Source of the DNA: Antechinus flavipes
Lineage: Eukaryota
Assembly (NCBI RefSeq): GCF_016432865.1
Contig: NC_067402.1
Coordinates: 40,238,001 to 40,302,000, forward strand
Direction of reading: 5' to 3'
Length of the DNA stretch: 64,000 nt
The notes below the pieces were generated by a model, which saw only the letters and a list, made by a program, of their open reading frames with translations, was not told the origin of the DNA and did not search any database. The first letter of the stretch is position 1. Each line of letters starts with the position of its first letter. Of the stretch, positions 38,916 to 50,905 are shown piece by piece. The translations under genes were made by a program, and so were the position numbers.

Positions 38916-39799
38916 CTGCAAAGGAGAGAAGCCCAGTTCAATGAGGGTGACTGTGAGGGGGGGCTGATGGGGTGCGCTCCCTGGTCTTTCCTGCCCACTG
39001 CCCCGGGCTGGCTTGGGGGAAAAAACCCAAGTCAAGTCAGAGAGGAATCAAGTAGAAATGGGGGAGCTAAGGAAGGCTTCAACCCAACCTTGGGGATGGA
39101 AAAGCTTGTGTTGTCTAAAGTCTTCCATGGAAATAAGGGCTTGGGGAAAGGCACTTAAAAAACTGCCGGCATGAGGCAGCTCCTTATTTCCAGTCCCGCA
39201 AAGGTGAACCTGCCTCCAGGGAGCCATTTGGAGATAACTATCTCAGCAGTCATCAACTAGGCCTGAAACCGAGCCATTTTTGCCAGGGGATTTTGCTTAA
39301 TGTTTAATAGAAACCTGTGAAATAGGCAATCTCCAGTTTTCTGGTGAATCTAGCTGACAAATTACGCAGAATGAACTCCTGTTTCAAGATTTAGAAACTT
39401 CAAGCAGTTGGCGTAGTGCTAGGTACCCATCAATTAATAGAAAAAAATCTATTTGGTGAATTACCAAAAAACACATGATAATGAATTCTTTCTCAATTTT
39501 CATACAGGATTAGGATAAAAGCTGGATCAATGATTCATTAATATAGAAAGCTCCCAGAGGAAGGGCCCTCCAACGGTGTAATACCTTTTTTGCAGTTTAT
39601 AGTTCTCTGAGAAACCTTTGAAATTTTTTGGTCTTGTGTAGATTATACCTGATATGTTCCTTAGAAGTTAGCCTCTAAAATGCTAGAGTGCAATCAAGCA
39701 GGCCGGAACACTGAGCACTGCCGTAGTTGAGGCTTTTTGCTTATTTGTTCTAATATTTAACAATGATCTAATTGCTAAATCTGATGATGGCTTTTTCTT

Positions 39800-40560
39800 A
39801 ATCCTTATTCTTAGTTTTTTTTTGAAGCTCCTGGCAGTCAGTCACCCCCTCTTGTCATGGATGCTCTGCCTTTCCCTTGGCCTTTGTGGGTCCTCCTCCT
39901 GCTCCTGCCCCTTTGCAACTTCCCATCACCAACTGTCTGCAGGACATCTCCACCAGGATGTTCCATAACTCAACATGTCCAAAACAGCATCATTTCTCCC
40001 TAAGTCTTGCCCCCTCTTCCAAATTTACTGTGGCATTTTTTTTCTTTTGAAGGTACTGTTATCCTTCCACTGAAGTTCACAACCTCAATGTCCCCTTTAT
40101 CTCTTCACATTTCCTCACATTCTCCATGACTAATTAGTCACAAAGTTCTCTCAATTCTATCTCCACTGCATTCTCTCCAATCATGAATCCACCATCCCAG
40201 TTCTGGACCATATCACTTCTCATCCAGGCCATTTTAACAGCCTCCCACTTGGATTCTTGGCTTCCACCTCTTCCTTCTCTACAACTCTCAGAAAATCCTC
40301 CTGCAATCCAGATCTGATCATGTGTGCTCCCTGGCTCAAAAATTACAGAGAAGGGCAGCTGGGAGACACAGGAGACGACCCCAGGTCAGCAGTCAGCAGG
40401 ATCTGAGTTCAAATCTGGCCTCAGACATTAACTATGTGGTGCTGGGCAACTCACTTAACCCTGTTTGTCTCAAAAACCCAAGCAAACAACCAAAACCAAA
40501 GGTTCATCATTGTCTCTAAGACAAAATAGAAACCCTACAGGTTTGGCATTTAAAGTCCTT
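39800..40560 (+). mobile_element. L2 fragment with nested WSINE1-like SINE (40353-40490)
   Basis: aactcaacatgtccaaaac...ccacctcttccttct...gatcatgtgtgctccctggctcaaaa; the SINE starts agggcagctgggag. Confidence 0.7.
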
Positions 40561-41139
40561 CATGTCAGGTTCCAGCTTACTTGTTCATATTTTTAAAGAT
40601 TACTTTACATTCTAATCAAAGTAATTCATATTCTGCTTTTCTGTGGAATTTGGCATATTCTGTGTGATTACAAAGGCTGTGAGCCACATGTGGAGGAGAT
40701 TCCCTTTTTATTCCCAACTCTCATAGGCCCTTAGCTTTTTTCAAGGTGCATCTCATAGAAAGCCTTTATTTTTCTTTTTTCATTTTCTTTAAATTTTTTA
40801 ATAAAATGAACATTTCCATAGCCAATGTAGAAGAGGAGTAAAAGATTGTATATTAAACTGTGAATTTCTATTATGAATAATTACTGATTCCAGTGGTTAC
40901 TCTCTTCCTTTGAAATTACCTTGTATTTACTGTTTACTTAAGTAGCAGGTAAAGTCACAGAGCAGCAATGCTCCCCACAGTTTCATTGGCTTTGCCTAGG
41001 AACCATGAGTTCTGGAAGGTTCTGCCGCCCTGGAGGAGGGTCCCAGAATCAGGACAGTTTAGCTTATTATAGAAAGGCTCATCACCAGTATCCTGGTGAT
41101 GAATCTTCTGGTCACAAAAACCCACAAAATAAAAACCAT

Positions 41140-41835
41140 CCCTTTAAGTTAGCTGTTGGTGGGCAAAATGTGAAATCTCTGCCCAGTGACCAACAAGCAG
41201 ACACACGATTAGAAGAGAGGAATCCTATTAATCTGAATATTCTCAATAGAAATAAAAACAAAAGAAGGAAAAGTTGCAGTTGAACAGAAGGATGATTTTT
41301 AGTTCTTTGGAGAGAGGGAATGAAGCATCTCATGGGGCCAGTTTTATCAGGCACCCAAAGACAGCGAGGAGCATTATTTCATCAGATGTTTGTATTGTAG
41401 GGCCCATGGTAATATGCATTTGCAAAAAAGACTGCCAGAAAAATGAGGCAGTTCACGTACCAACATCTGTTGAAAAGGAGAGAGAAATTCTATGGAGAGC
41501 TTAATCAGTTCTTCCAAAATAAGCCAACATATATTGTGGCGACTTCACTGTAAAATCAGATGTGAGGATGACGAGAAATATCGGAAGAATGAAAGAGGCC
41601 AAAGATTTGTGGGTTACACAGAAGTCTCACGCCGACGTAGCACCAAAACTTTTTTTGACCAAAGAATCAAATGGTGCTGGACATGAAGAGCACCGAACAG
41701 CATCACAAAAACATGAAACGGATTCTATTTTAACATGATAGGGCATGATATGGATATGGAAGTAATTCCTGTGTAGAGTCAGATCACTGACTTGTTGGAG
41801 TATAAAAGTAAGCGAAAGAATCAAAATGAGAAAAA
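41140..41835 (+). mobile_element. RTE-clade LINE N-terminal APE endonuclease region (decayed)
   Basis: Collinear APE motifs across frames: LAVGGQNVKSL, SFIRHPK, VPTS, ERGQRFV...KTFF...KWCWT, RAPN...HETDSIL, ESDH*LV at 41776. Confidence 0.82.
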
Positions 41836-43589
41836 GCCGCATCATTAAAATAATATCATCTTGACCTGAACTGAACAGAATCGGACGTCATGGAAGGCAG
41901 AAGAGCCTTATAGGGAGAAGGGAAGGCTCATCCACTGCAAAGTCGCAGTGAAGTAATAACCACCATATTCCACAGTCAGGGCATCATATGGTAGGGAGGT
42001 GGGACGGGGAATGGGAGGAGAGGGACGGTCCACATTGCTAACAATGGGAAGAGGATAAGGAAAAGCATCCAGCAACAAACTGCAGGCTGCAGTGAACTAA
42101 TATTCCCTCTGAGCAAAAAGCACCACTGAACTCCTTCATTCTGAGGAGAATCTCTGCAGAAGCTGACGATCTGGAACCAAGGTGTGGGTGAGTGCACTCA
42201 GCAAAGCTCTCCTCTGGCGGCCGAGCCTGTGGCTGAGAGGCCCACATGCCCCAGCTCTCCAGGCCTTTCCCACCCGCCATTCTCCTTTTGTTCAGGACTC
42301 GGGAAGCCATAAGCAAAGTCCTCAGGCCTCACAGGAACTGGGGCTTTTGTTCCCAATTTCCAGGGGAACTGAGTTGGCTGCAAAGACCAGAGTTCATGTT
42401 AACAACATGAAATTCTCTCTGATGGGCATGTATTAGGCCCGAGTCCTGACCCTTTGTTATGAACTCCCCAGCACTGTCTGCCCTTCAGGGGCACAAGGCA
42501 GGTGAGTATCCAAACCATTTCTAACGATCTTCCTCCCATCTTGGTCCCCTACACACGAACCAGGCCAGTCTGCTCAGCTCGTTCTGCGACGGCCCCGCCA
42601 GTGCACGGACCCAACCCGCCACCCTCCCAAAGGCCACGCCAAAGGCACAAGCTATGTGGGGGAAGGACGTGGCCTTTCACACTCTGATGGACGCCTGGGA
42701 GGCTACTCTGCGCCGCTGCGGGCAGGAAGGCACCCAGCGGGCACTGAGAGCCGCAGATGCCCCAGGGTGGGTCCGCACTCAGTCGCGGGACGGGCCATTA
42801 AGGAAGGAGCGAGAGTAGGGCAGCTGTGGATGGCCAAGAGGCAGTAAGAAGCAGAGCAGCTGGGAAGGAGCATGTCTGCCGGCATAAACATTTTCTTTGC
42901 AAATATTGATTTTTCTGCTCAGACCACTGTTGACACAGATGTAGGAGGATTGAACCCCAGCTGGCTCGCAGCCTCTGGGTGGTCAGATTTCTTAGTCTCA
43001 CTCAGCAAACGAACACACTTCTTGCCTGTGCTCATTTCCACGATTCCTGGCATCTAAAAAGTGCTGAATAATAAATGCTTGTTGATCCGATTTTCCCACT
43101 GCAGTACCCAAAGAGGCAGATTTTGTACCACAAGCCAACTTCCCAAGGCCACCTTAAAGTGATCCCATCTGCCAGCCCTCTTTTCCACGTCAGAGAAGAT
43201 TTTAGAGGAGAGGGAAAAATTCACTTGTTTGGAAAGGAATTCTAAGCTGCGGAGATGGTGCCACTGTAGGAAGATTCTGAAAACTATCTAATATTTAGGG
43301 CTATGAAAATCTTCACTTAGAGCTTTCAGTATCCAGCCTGTTGGAATGGGGCACAAAAAGAGGGAACAATAGGTGGGGGGAGAGGGCTCAAATTCAGGGC
43401 ATCTAGAAACCGCTGTGTCAGTCATGACATTCAGGGTCCTCAGGGACCAACCCTTTTGGAGCAGTCTGAAACAGGAGGTCAAGTAGAGTAGATGGACTTT
43501 GTCTCTGAGTCTGTCTATTGCTCTCCTTCTGGGAGGAAGAAACAGATGACATCCTCCTTCCTCCACAAGCCCCCATTCCCACAGAAGCA

Positions 43590-43900
43590 GTCAGTCCATC
43601 AGCCCGTGTTTATTAAGTGTTTACTATGTTCTGGGCTTTAAACACTGAGGATTCAAAGGCTAAAAGACTGCGTCGTCCTTCAGGGAGCTCCTGTTCTACT
43701 GGAGGAGACGGCAGACTGATCACTGGACAGACAAAATCTATACAGAGGCAGAAGGAAATGTCAGAGGGAAAGCGCCATCTTGTTGTGTGAGACTGTGAGA
43801 GGAGGAAGAGTGGAGAAGGAGCTTTCAGAAAAAAGTCTCCATATGAGGTGGGGTCCTCAGGGAGGGGGTGGGAGGCTTGAGGAGACCCTTGGAGGGTCGC
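43590..43900 (-). mobile_element. L2 3' fragment
   Basis: tttattaagtgtttactatgttctggg...cttcagggagctc...gggagacgg. Confidence 0.6.
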
Positions 43901-44582
43901 TCTGGAGAAGGAGACAGTGAATGTGGTAGGCAAGTGTGCAAGCAGAAACTTGCTGCAGTAAAGGCCCAAAGGATTACAGAGTGGGCCCAAAGGACATAGT
44001 TCCCTAATCATCTGCCACCTGGATTTTAATGTGCCGAACCTCATCAACTTTTATCACCTAAAGCAAGGAAATTATGTTCTGTTTTATATCCTTCAAATAA
44101 CCAAAGAAACTTGGTCTAAGAAAACCAATTCACCTGGGAGTGCCAGGATATTCTGGGATTTCTGATGAGCTCGGTAGCCAAGAAGAGAAGGAAAGATTAG
44201 AGATTTCTGACTATGAGACATTCCCTTTTCTAATTCCAATCCCTCCAGGGCTAACGACTGCACTGTTCTGAGCTGAGATGCTTCAGAAGATCCTGGCAGG
44301 TGGTCACCTTGTAGAAGTGGAAGACACTCATTGCAGAGAGTGGGACAGATCCAGGCTTATAACTTACATATGGATCAGGCCAAAAGTCAGGAAGAGACAG
44401 ATTTCCTAATTTTTATCTGACCAAGAACTGGGTTGGAAGGTTTGAAACCAGAGCCCTGAAACCTAGCAGAATACACAGAATTAACGAGGAACCTTCGGAA
44501 TGAGAGCAACATGGACTAGTCAGTGTGCTGAGCAATCTGGCTGCTGCCAGCCCACAAGAGGGAAAAAGAAGGCCTTCTTTAC

Positions 44583-44710
44583 CAGAATCGCCATCTCCAC
44601 GATGTCGGGCTGCTGCTTGGGTTGGAGATTCACCACAGGCCAAGACTGACGCAAGATGCCGGCGTCCCACTCATAATGGGTACAGAGCTTATTCTTCACA
44701 TGGGCCAGAC
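44583..44710 (-). CDS. LARS2: LARS2 penultimate coding exon, 128 bp (not in the ORF track)
   Basis: Encodes GLAHVKNKLCTHYEWDAGILRQSWPVVNLQPKQQPDIVEMAIL. Acceptor attgcag|GT, donor TCTG|gtaaag; phases fit both neighbouring exons. Confidence 0.95.
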
Positions 44711-46751
44711 CTGCAATGCCAGAGAAACAGACTCTTTACTGTGTGTAAAACAAAATAAACAGAAGGTTTTTGGCACGATAAAGAGCATTTTGCCAAGGGG
44801 GCGCTTAATTTAATACTGGTCAGAAAAATGTTTTGGGGAAGCAATATCATAGTCTTACATACAGAGGTTCTAGTGTGGATTTTCACTCACAGTTGATGTT
44901 TAGTTTCCAATTTCAAGTGAGGAGATAGTGATTTTTTTTTCAAACTACAATTTCTGTGGAACTAGACTATTTTGCCGTAAAAGACTTATAAAAGAGGACA
45001 AAACTCACAATTTTAATACAATTCTTACTTGGAAATTTTGTGGAGGAAGCAAGGCCTTTTTTGTTTTTGTGAGCAGGCCACAATATAAAACCCTTGTCTT
45101 CACTCATTTCTTGCCTGCAATTATTTCACTTGTTGACTTAGGAAATCTTGAGTCAACTCTTTTTGCATTTAATTAATGCAGGCTAAATATGGAATCCCAT
45201 TTCAAATGTCATTTACATATTGCTTTAACTTTCAGTATTGTGGCCAAGCAGGTCCCGCTGTTCTATCACCAAATCTAAATTAACTTGTTTCTTTAATGTG
45301 GCATAAGCCAAATAGTAGAGAGGTAAGAGGAATGAAATCATTCTGTAAGCACTTGTGATCATAGAGTGATTTCAGCCCCAAAGGAATAAGTTTGCTCTGT
45401 ACCTCTCAGGAGATTGTATCAGAGAAACATTTCCAATTACGTAATCGTACACATTTACAAAAGAATAACAAAAAATTAATTGGTCAAATAATATTCCAAA
45501 AATGCTTAGGGTACAGTGGGTAGAATGTGAGACCTGAGGTTGGGAAGATCTGTTTACTAGTTATGTGACCATGTCACTAAACTCCTTTCTGCCTGTTTCC
45601 TCATCTGTAGAATGAGGATAATAACAGCACCTCCCTTCCAGGGCTGTTGTGTGGACCAAATGAGTTAATAATTGCAAAGCACTTAGTACAGTGTCTGACA
45701 CAGTAAGTGCTATATAAATGTTAGTTATCATGATTATTACTGTGATTATTGACCGATAACTAGCTGTTTTCTGTCTATCTTCTAAACACACAAAGAAGAG
45801 ATACAAATTTGTATAGGATTAAATCTAATTTAATGAAAGGATGTAAAAACAGGCCTCCTCAATCTAAATTTGCATGGTCAGCAAGGAATAAGATGGAAAA
45901 AAAGTATTTTTCTGGATGTATCTGTAAAAATTCAAGGAATATACCAAGGCTCTACAACAGAAAAACAATACTTCCTGAGGAGATCTGATCATAACAGACA
46001 AAACTAGATAGAGAAATGGGCACTTTTTTATCCAAACAATTAATCTGGCACCAAAAAAGTCAAAGTAAGATCAGCTCCCAGCTATGGAGGGGTGGAGGAG
46101 CCACTGATGCAGGATGGCTGGGCTCTCTGGTGTATACTGTCAGATACTTGCACATTTATTTGCATCTTCATTAGAGAAGGAAGGCTAGGAAAGGAAAATC
46201 GATTCAGTTGATTTTACTGTTAAGTAAACACTCATCGGTTTAGGAGAGAGAGTTTAAGCTCTGTCTGAGAAGAGCATTGAGAATTTTAGTGAGCTAAACC
46301 ATGCAAAGCTGTGTTCAGGTAGATCATCTGGATATATCTAAATTTTGAATGAATGAAAATGCCAAAGAACAGGCTTCTAAAAAACAAATCATTGATGCAA
46401 CTGGTCAGTTAGCATAACCAGTAAAGCTAAATTAGCCCAGATTTCCTGCAGGAGGGGGACAGAAATTGGGTTCTTATATCTTGTTTAGGAGAGGAAGAGG
46501 AGATGTGCTATTCACTTTGCAAGGACTTAAGAGCCAAATGCTGTAACAAGTGCATTTGTGCCAACAGATTTCCCAAGAAGTATCTTCATGATTCCAGGTA
46601 CTCTGGCCCTCTACTGTGACCCATGAAAATGTCTTCTCTTAGACAGATGTATTCTCTGGCCAAAGCAGGATTAGGTGACTTTCTAAGAAAGAATGTTGCT
46701 CACAGTCTTTTTGATGTGATTTAGGAGAGCAATTTCTAGTTCCAAATGACG

Positions 46752-47353
46752 TGTTTGGGGTTCAGCACCAAATGATGAGACTGATGGAAGCACCGAATGT
46801 TGGGGTTCAATCATGTGAAGACTCCACGATGGCCACTGTCTTTGGCAAAAGGTAGGTTTATTTGGGAGAAGAGGTTACAGACAAAATAAAGAGGTGCAAT
46901 AGACACCAGGATTAGTACATATGAAATAGAGCTGGGAGAACATATAATTAGCAAGGAAAGGGGTTTTTAACAATTAATGATGAAGACGACAAGTTTCCTA
47001 GAGGAACTCACAATTTGCCAGGAGAAAGGGAACATCCCATGAGGCTGGATATGCCCTTAGCTGGTAGGCTAAATAATAAAAGAGATTTACCACCCTAAAA
47101 GAGTTAGGTAGCTATAAAGGTACCATAAGGAAGGTGGGGGAAATGAGAGGAGGCACATGGTATGGGGACGGGAAGGGGAAAGACACCATGAGGCAGTATG
47201 CTGTGGAAGCTATCACTCCAAAAAGGATTCAGCTAAGATGGTATGGGCCAGAGCCAGAATTTTAGGGGGAAATTTTGCCTCAGATTTTTGACTGAATACA
47301 GCATGATGGGGCTGCCCATTACCTCCACAGAGAGATTACATCGATCCCCATCA
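46752..47353 (-). mobile_element. Probable ERV LTR (~600 bp)
   Basis: Imperfect inverted termini tgtttgggg...ccccatca; AATAAA on the minus strand at 46857-46862. Confidence 0.5.
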
Positions 47354-48744
47354 GTTCCTTCCTGCTTACCTCAGGAGTGTGATTTTATCAATACTTCAAG
47401 CTTTCTGTCAATCCTACTTAGCTACTCAGGACTTCTTCACTTACATAATTCCATGATGGGCTTTACCATGGAAAAATTACTTTCTTTATGGCTTACTAGA
47501 TGTAGTACAGTGGAAAAAATTCTTCCATGCCTGCGTGGCAACTGAGCAGTATGAAGTCTAAGGGAAAGAACTCTGTATATAAAGAGATGCATTGGGCAGA
47601 GCCTCCTAAAGAGTCCACAGAAAAATTCTGGAAGCCCAGCTTTCAAACAGAAACCTATTGGAACACTACTTATGTTCCTGGACAGAGAGTCTTTGATGCT
47701 CTGTTCAGCAGTAAGCAACAAGTTCACTTTTATCTCCTCCCTGCTCCTGTCAGGCAATTACAAACTCCTGTCCACTTGCACGTCCAGAGAGTGTTCTCCT
47801 AGGATCAGTCTGAAATGGGAAGGGGATGGAGGGAGTGGAGGGGCAGTCAGAAGGAAGCCTCCAAGTGTATGTGTGGGACTAAAGCTGTGGGCCTCCCACA
47901 GTGGCCCTAAGGCAAAGTCCCTGTCTTTCCTGGAAAACTGACTTAAGGTCTGTGTTCCTCCAGCTTCTCTTGTCCCCTGCCAGCCAAAGTACCTTTTAAA
48001 GCCTGCTCTGCGCCATCTGTTTGAATCACTGCCAGCTGCCTTTGAGGGGCCCCAGTGGGAGAGATGCAGCAAATCATAGCCCCACGGGGCTTGTGAGTAT
48101 GGAGCAGAATCCTTACAGGAAGCTTGTGTGATAAGAAATGAAAGCTTTCCAATCCCCATTTTACAAATAAGCAAACTGAGGCTCAGAGAGACAAAATGGC
48201 TTTCCCAGAATTCCATAGCCGGGGCAACTGTCGTGACAGGGACTTGAATCTGGGCTTTCTGCATCCAAAGCCAGCTCTCTCTCCTAGGAGAAGGCTTTCC
48301 TGTGTTTAAGGATTGTGCAAAGAAACCCCCCCAAATCAAGAAAATCATCTTGGAATACAATCTATGGGAAAACAAGAGCACATACAAAATATATGAAGGC
48401 AGCAAAAAGAAATGTAATTTGCCTTTATGAGTACAAAATACACACAAATACTCAGTTTGTTTCATGAGGCTTTGCTGATTTTGATGAAATAAAGGCCTTT
48501 TATTAGGTAAGAGAAACAGAATCGTGGAGCAGGGACTCTAGATGTCATCTATTCTTCCTCCTACCTATAGCAGAATGCCCATTGCCAACAACTGACAAAT
48601 GAACAACCAAGTTCTGTCTAGTCCCTGAGCAAACCTGCTCCACTAATAAGGAATCTGCTATTTCCAGACTGGGCACTCCTTCAAGGGGTTCAAATGAGTC
48701 TGCAACATGACTTAATTTTGCTTTAAATTTCAGTGTCTATGCAC

Positions 48745-49220
48745 TTTCTCAAGGACCATGCCGTAAACCCAAACATTCCGACTCTTATGGACTGGCCAAC
48801 AATAGATCCCAGGCCATGTCTCACTTAGTCATGGTTTGAGCCAAGATGGCTCAGAGTGAATATAGATAAGCAGTTGTTTCTAGTTTTGGCTAGAAATCTG
48901 AGGGCCTTCCCCTCCCAATTTGTCTTTTTTTAAAACTAGGTAAAAATTCTCTGCCTTATTCCTTATCTAGCCTTAATCACTGATTGGATATTGCCTCTGT
49001 CAAACTGAGACCTGGGAAAGATGTTAGCTTAAAAAGGTCAAGTTCTCCCACTACACTGTTCTGATCCATATCTTGCCACTGGACCCAGATGGCCCCAGAG
49101 GAGAAAATGAAGTGGGAGACTCTGCAAAGTCTCTTTCATTTCAGTCCAATTTACTTGCAAGTCACGGCATCACTTTCCTGCTGTCTTGTTCCTCTTGGAG
49201 AATGAAGGACAAACAACAAT
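48745..49220 (-). mobile_element. Marsupial non-autonomous repeat (MdoRep1/RTE-SINE-like)
   Basis: Ends in gaatgaaggacaaacaacaa; homologous to 37755-38035. Confidence 0.8.
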
Positions 49221-49329
49221 TATGCAATTATAGAAGAGTCAACACTGCAGAACTCTTGGATGGCTCTAAGATGACCTGAAACAAGATGGCCCAGCGGACC
49301 TAGAGCTGGCTTGGAACCAGGAAGATCAA

Positions 49330-49820
49330 AAAAGAAAAAAATGAGAAAAAAAAAAGCAAGCAAATAACTGCAAAAAAGGTAAAAATATTATGCTTTGATC
49401 CACACAGAGCCTCCATAATTCTGTCTCTGGATGCGGATGGCTCTCTCCATCACAAGTCTATTGGAATTGCCTTGAATCAGCTTACTATTGAAAAGAGCCA
49501 AATCCATCAGAATTGACCATTATAAAATTTTGTTGTCACTGTGTACAATCCTGCTCACTTCACTTAGCATCAGTTCATGTAAGTCTCTCCAGGCCTTTCT
49601 GAAATCATTGTGCTAGTCATCTTATAGAAAAATAATATCTCATAATATTCATATATCATAATTTATTCAGCCATTCTCCAACTGATGGGCATCCATTCAA
49701 TTTCCAATTTCTGCCACAAACACTTTTGCACAGGTGGGTCCCTTTCGCTCCTTTATGATATTTGGGATACAAGCACAGTGGATCAAAGGGGATGCACAGT
49801 CTGATGGCCCTTTGGGCAGA
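49330..49820 (-). mobile_element. L1 ORF2 end / 3' UTR fragment
   Basis: cttcacttagcatcagttcatgtaagtctctccaggcc...ttattcagccattctccaactgatgggcatcc is the reverse complement of the other L1 3' copies. Confidence 0.9.
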
Positions 49821-50104
49821 GTTCCTCAATTGAGTACCTAAGCATCTTTAGAGGAGAGACTGTCTTTTACAATTTTTATTTCTTAAAATATATCTCACAA
49901 GATGCTTTTGACTGCCTACTACATGCGAGATATTAGACTATCCTGGAGTTCATATGAAAATAAAAATGACAAAGTCTCCACTTTCATGGAGCTCTCAAAG
50001 AAGAAGAAAAGCATGATGTGACAAAAGCTCATAGAAGTACAAACAAGACATTCAGTCTTTAAGGTTGGAGAAGGGAAAGATCATTTCTGATTTTTTTTTA
50101 ATGG

Positions 50105-50290
50105 GAAAGAGAATCAGATGTGGAAATACAAAGAGAAGAATTGCACATGTTTCACATGTATTGAATTACTTGCCGTCTAGGGGAGAAGGGAGGAAGAAAA
50201 AAAATTTGAAACACAAGGTTTTACAAGGGTGAATGTTGAAAACTATGCATATGTTTTGAAAAAGCTTTATTTTAAAAAAGGGAAAGCTTT
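50105..50290 (+). mobile_element. L1 3' UTR end
   Basis: gaattgcacatgtt...gaaacacaaggttttacaagggtgaatgttgaaaac. Confidence 0.8.
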
Positions 50291-50704
50291 GTGGAGGTGA
50301 TGGGTCTTGAAAGAAAGTTTTACAGTATTCCTTTACAATCATACTTACATATGTGAAAGAAAAAAAATGCCAATATAAATGCAAAGTGCTTTATGGTTAT
50401 CATATAGGACAAATGCTACTCTGTGTATCGTATTTATTACATGCTAATCCAGTTGCTCTTATGCCCTATTCACAGGACTCGGAATATGTGGGGTCTTGTT
50501 GATTAGATTTATTAGATACCAGCAAGTAATTGGAGGTAACCAGAACATTTTGGCTGGGATACCGTATGATTTGCCAGAAGTCTCCACACTACTCTGCCTT
50601 TAAAGAATAATCTCAGTGTTCAATGACCTTAAATCTAGAGAACTGAAATCACTGCTCTGGGACTCATTGCATCAAGTTTCAAGGAGCTTCAGATGAAGGA
50701 AAAT

Positions 50705-50905
50705 GTATATGTGTGTGTGTGTGTGTGTGTATACATGTTTACATACTCATAAGCATATGTAAATATGCCTACACATGCATACACAGATTTATACATATAC
50801 TGTAGACTACGTGTGTATGTATGTGTATGTATATATCTCTATATATGTGTGTATATATACCTATACCTATATCTATCTATAGATATACATACACATATAT
50901 ATTTA
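50705..50905. repeat. TG/TA/CA microsatellite cluster
   Basis: (TG)~10 followed by degenerate TA/CA runs. Confidence 0.85.

Noticed and set aside
47758-48465. 235-aa minus-strand ORF
   Set aside because: Contains the typical MIR-derived translation (SLSLLICKMGI) and no domain; intronic.
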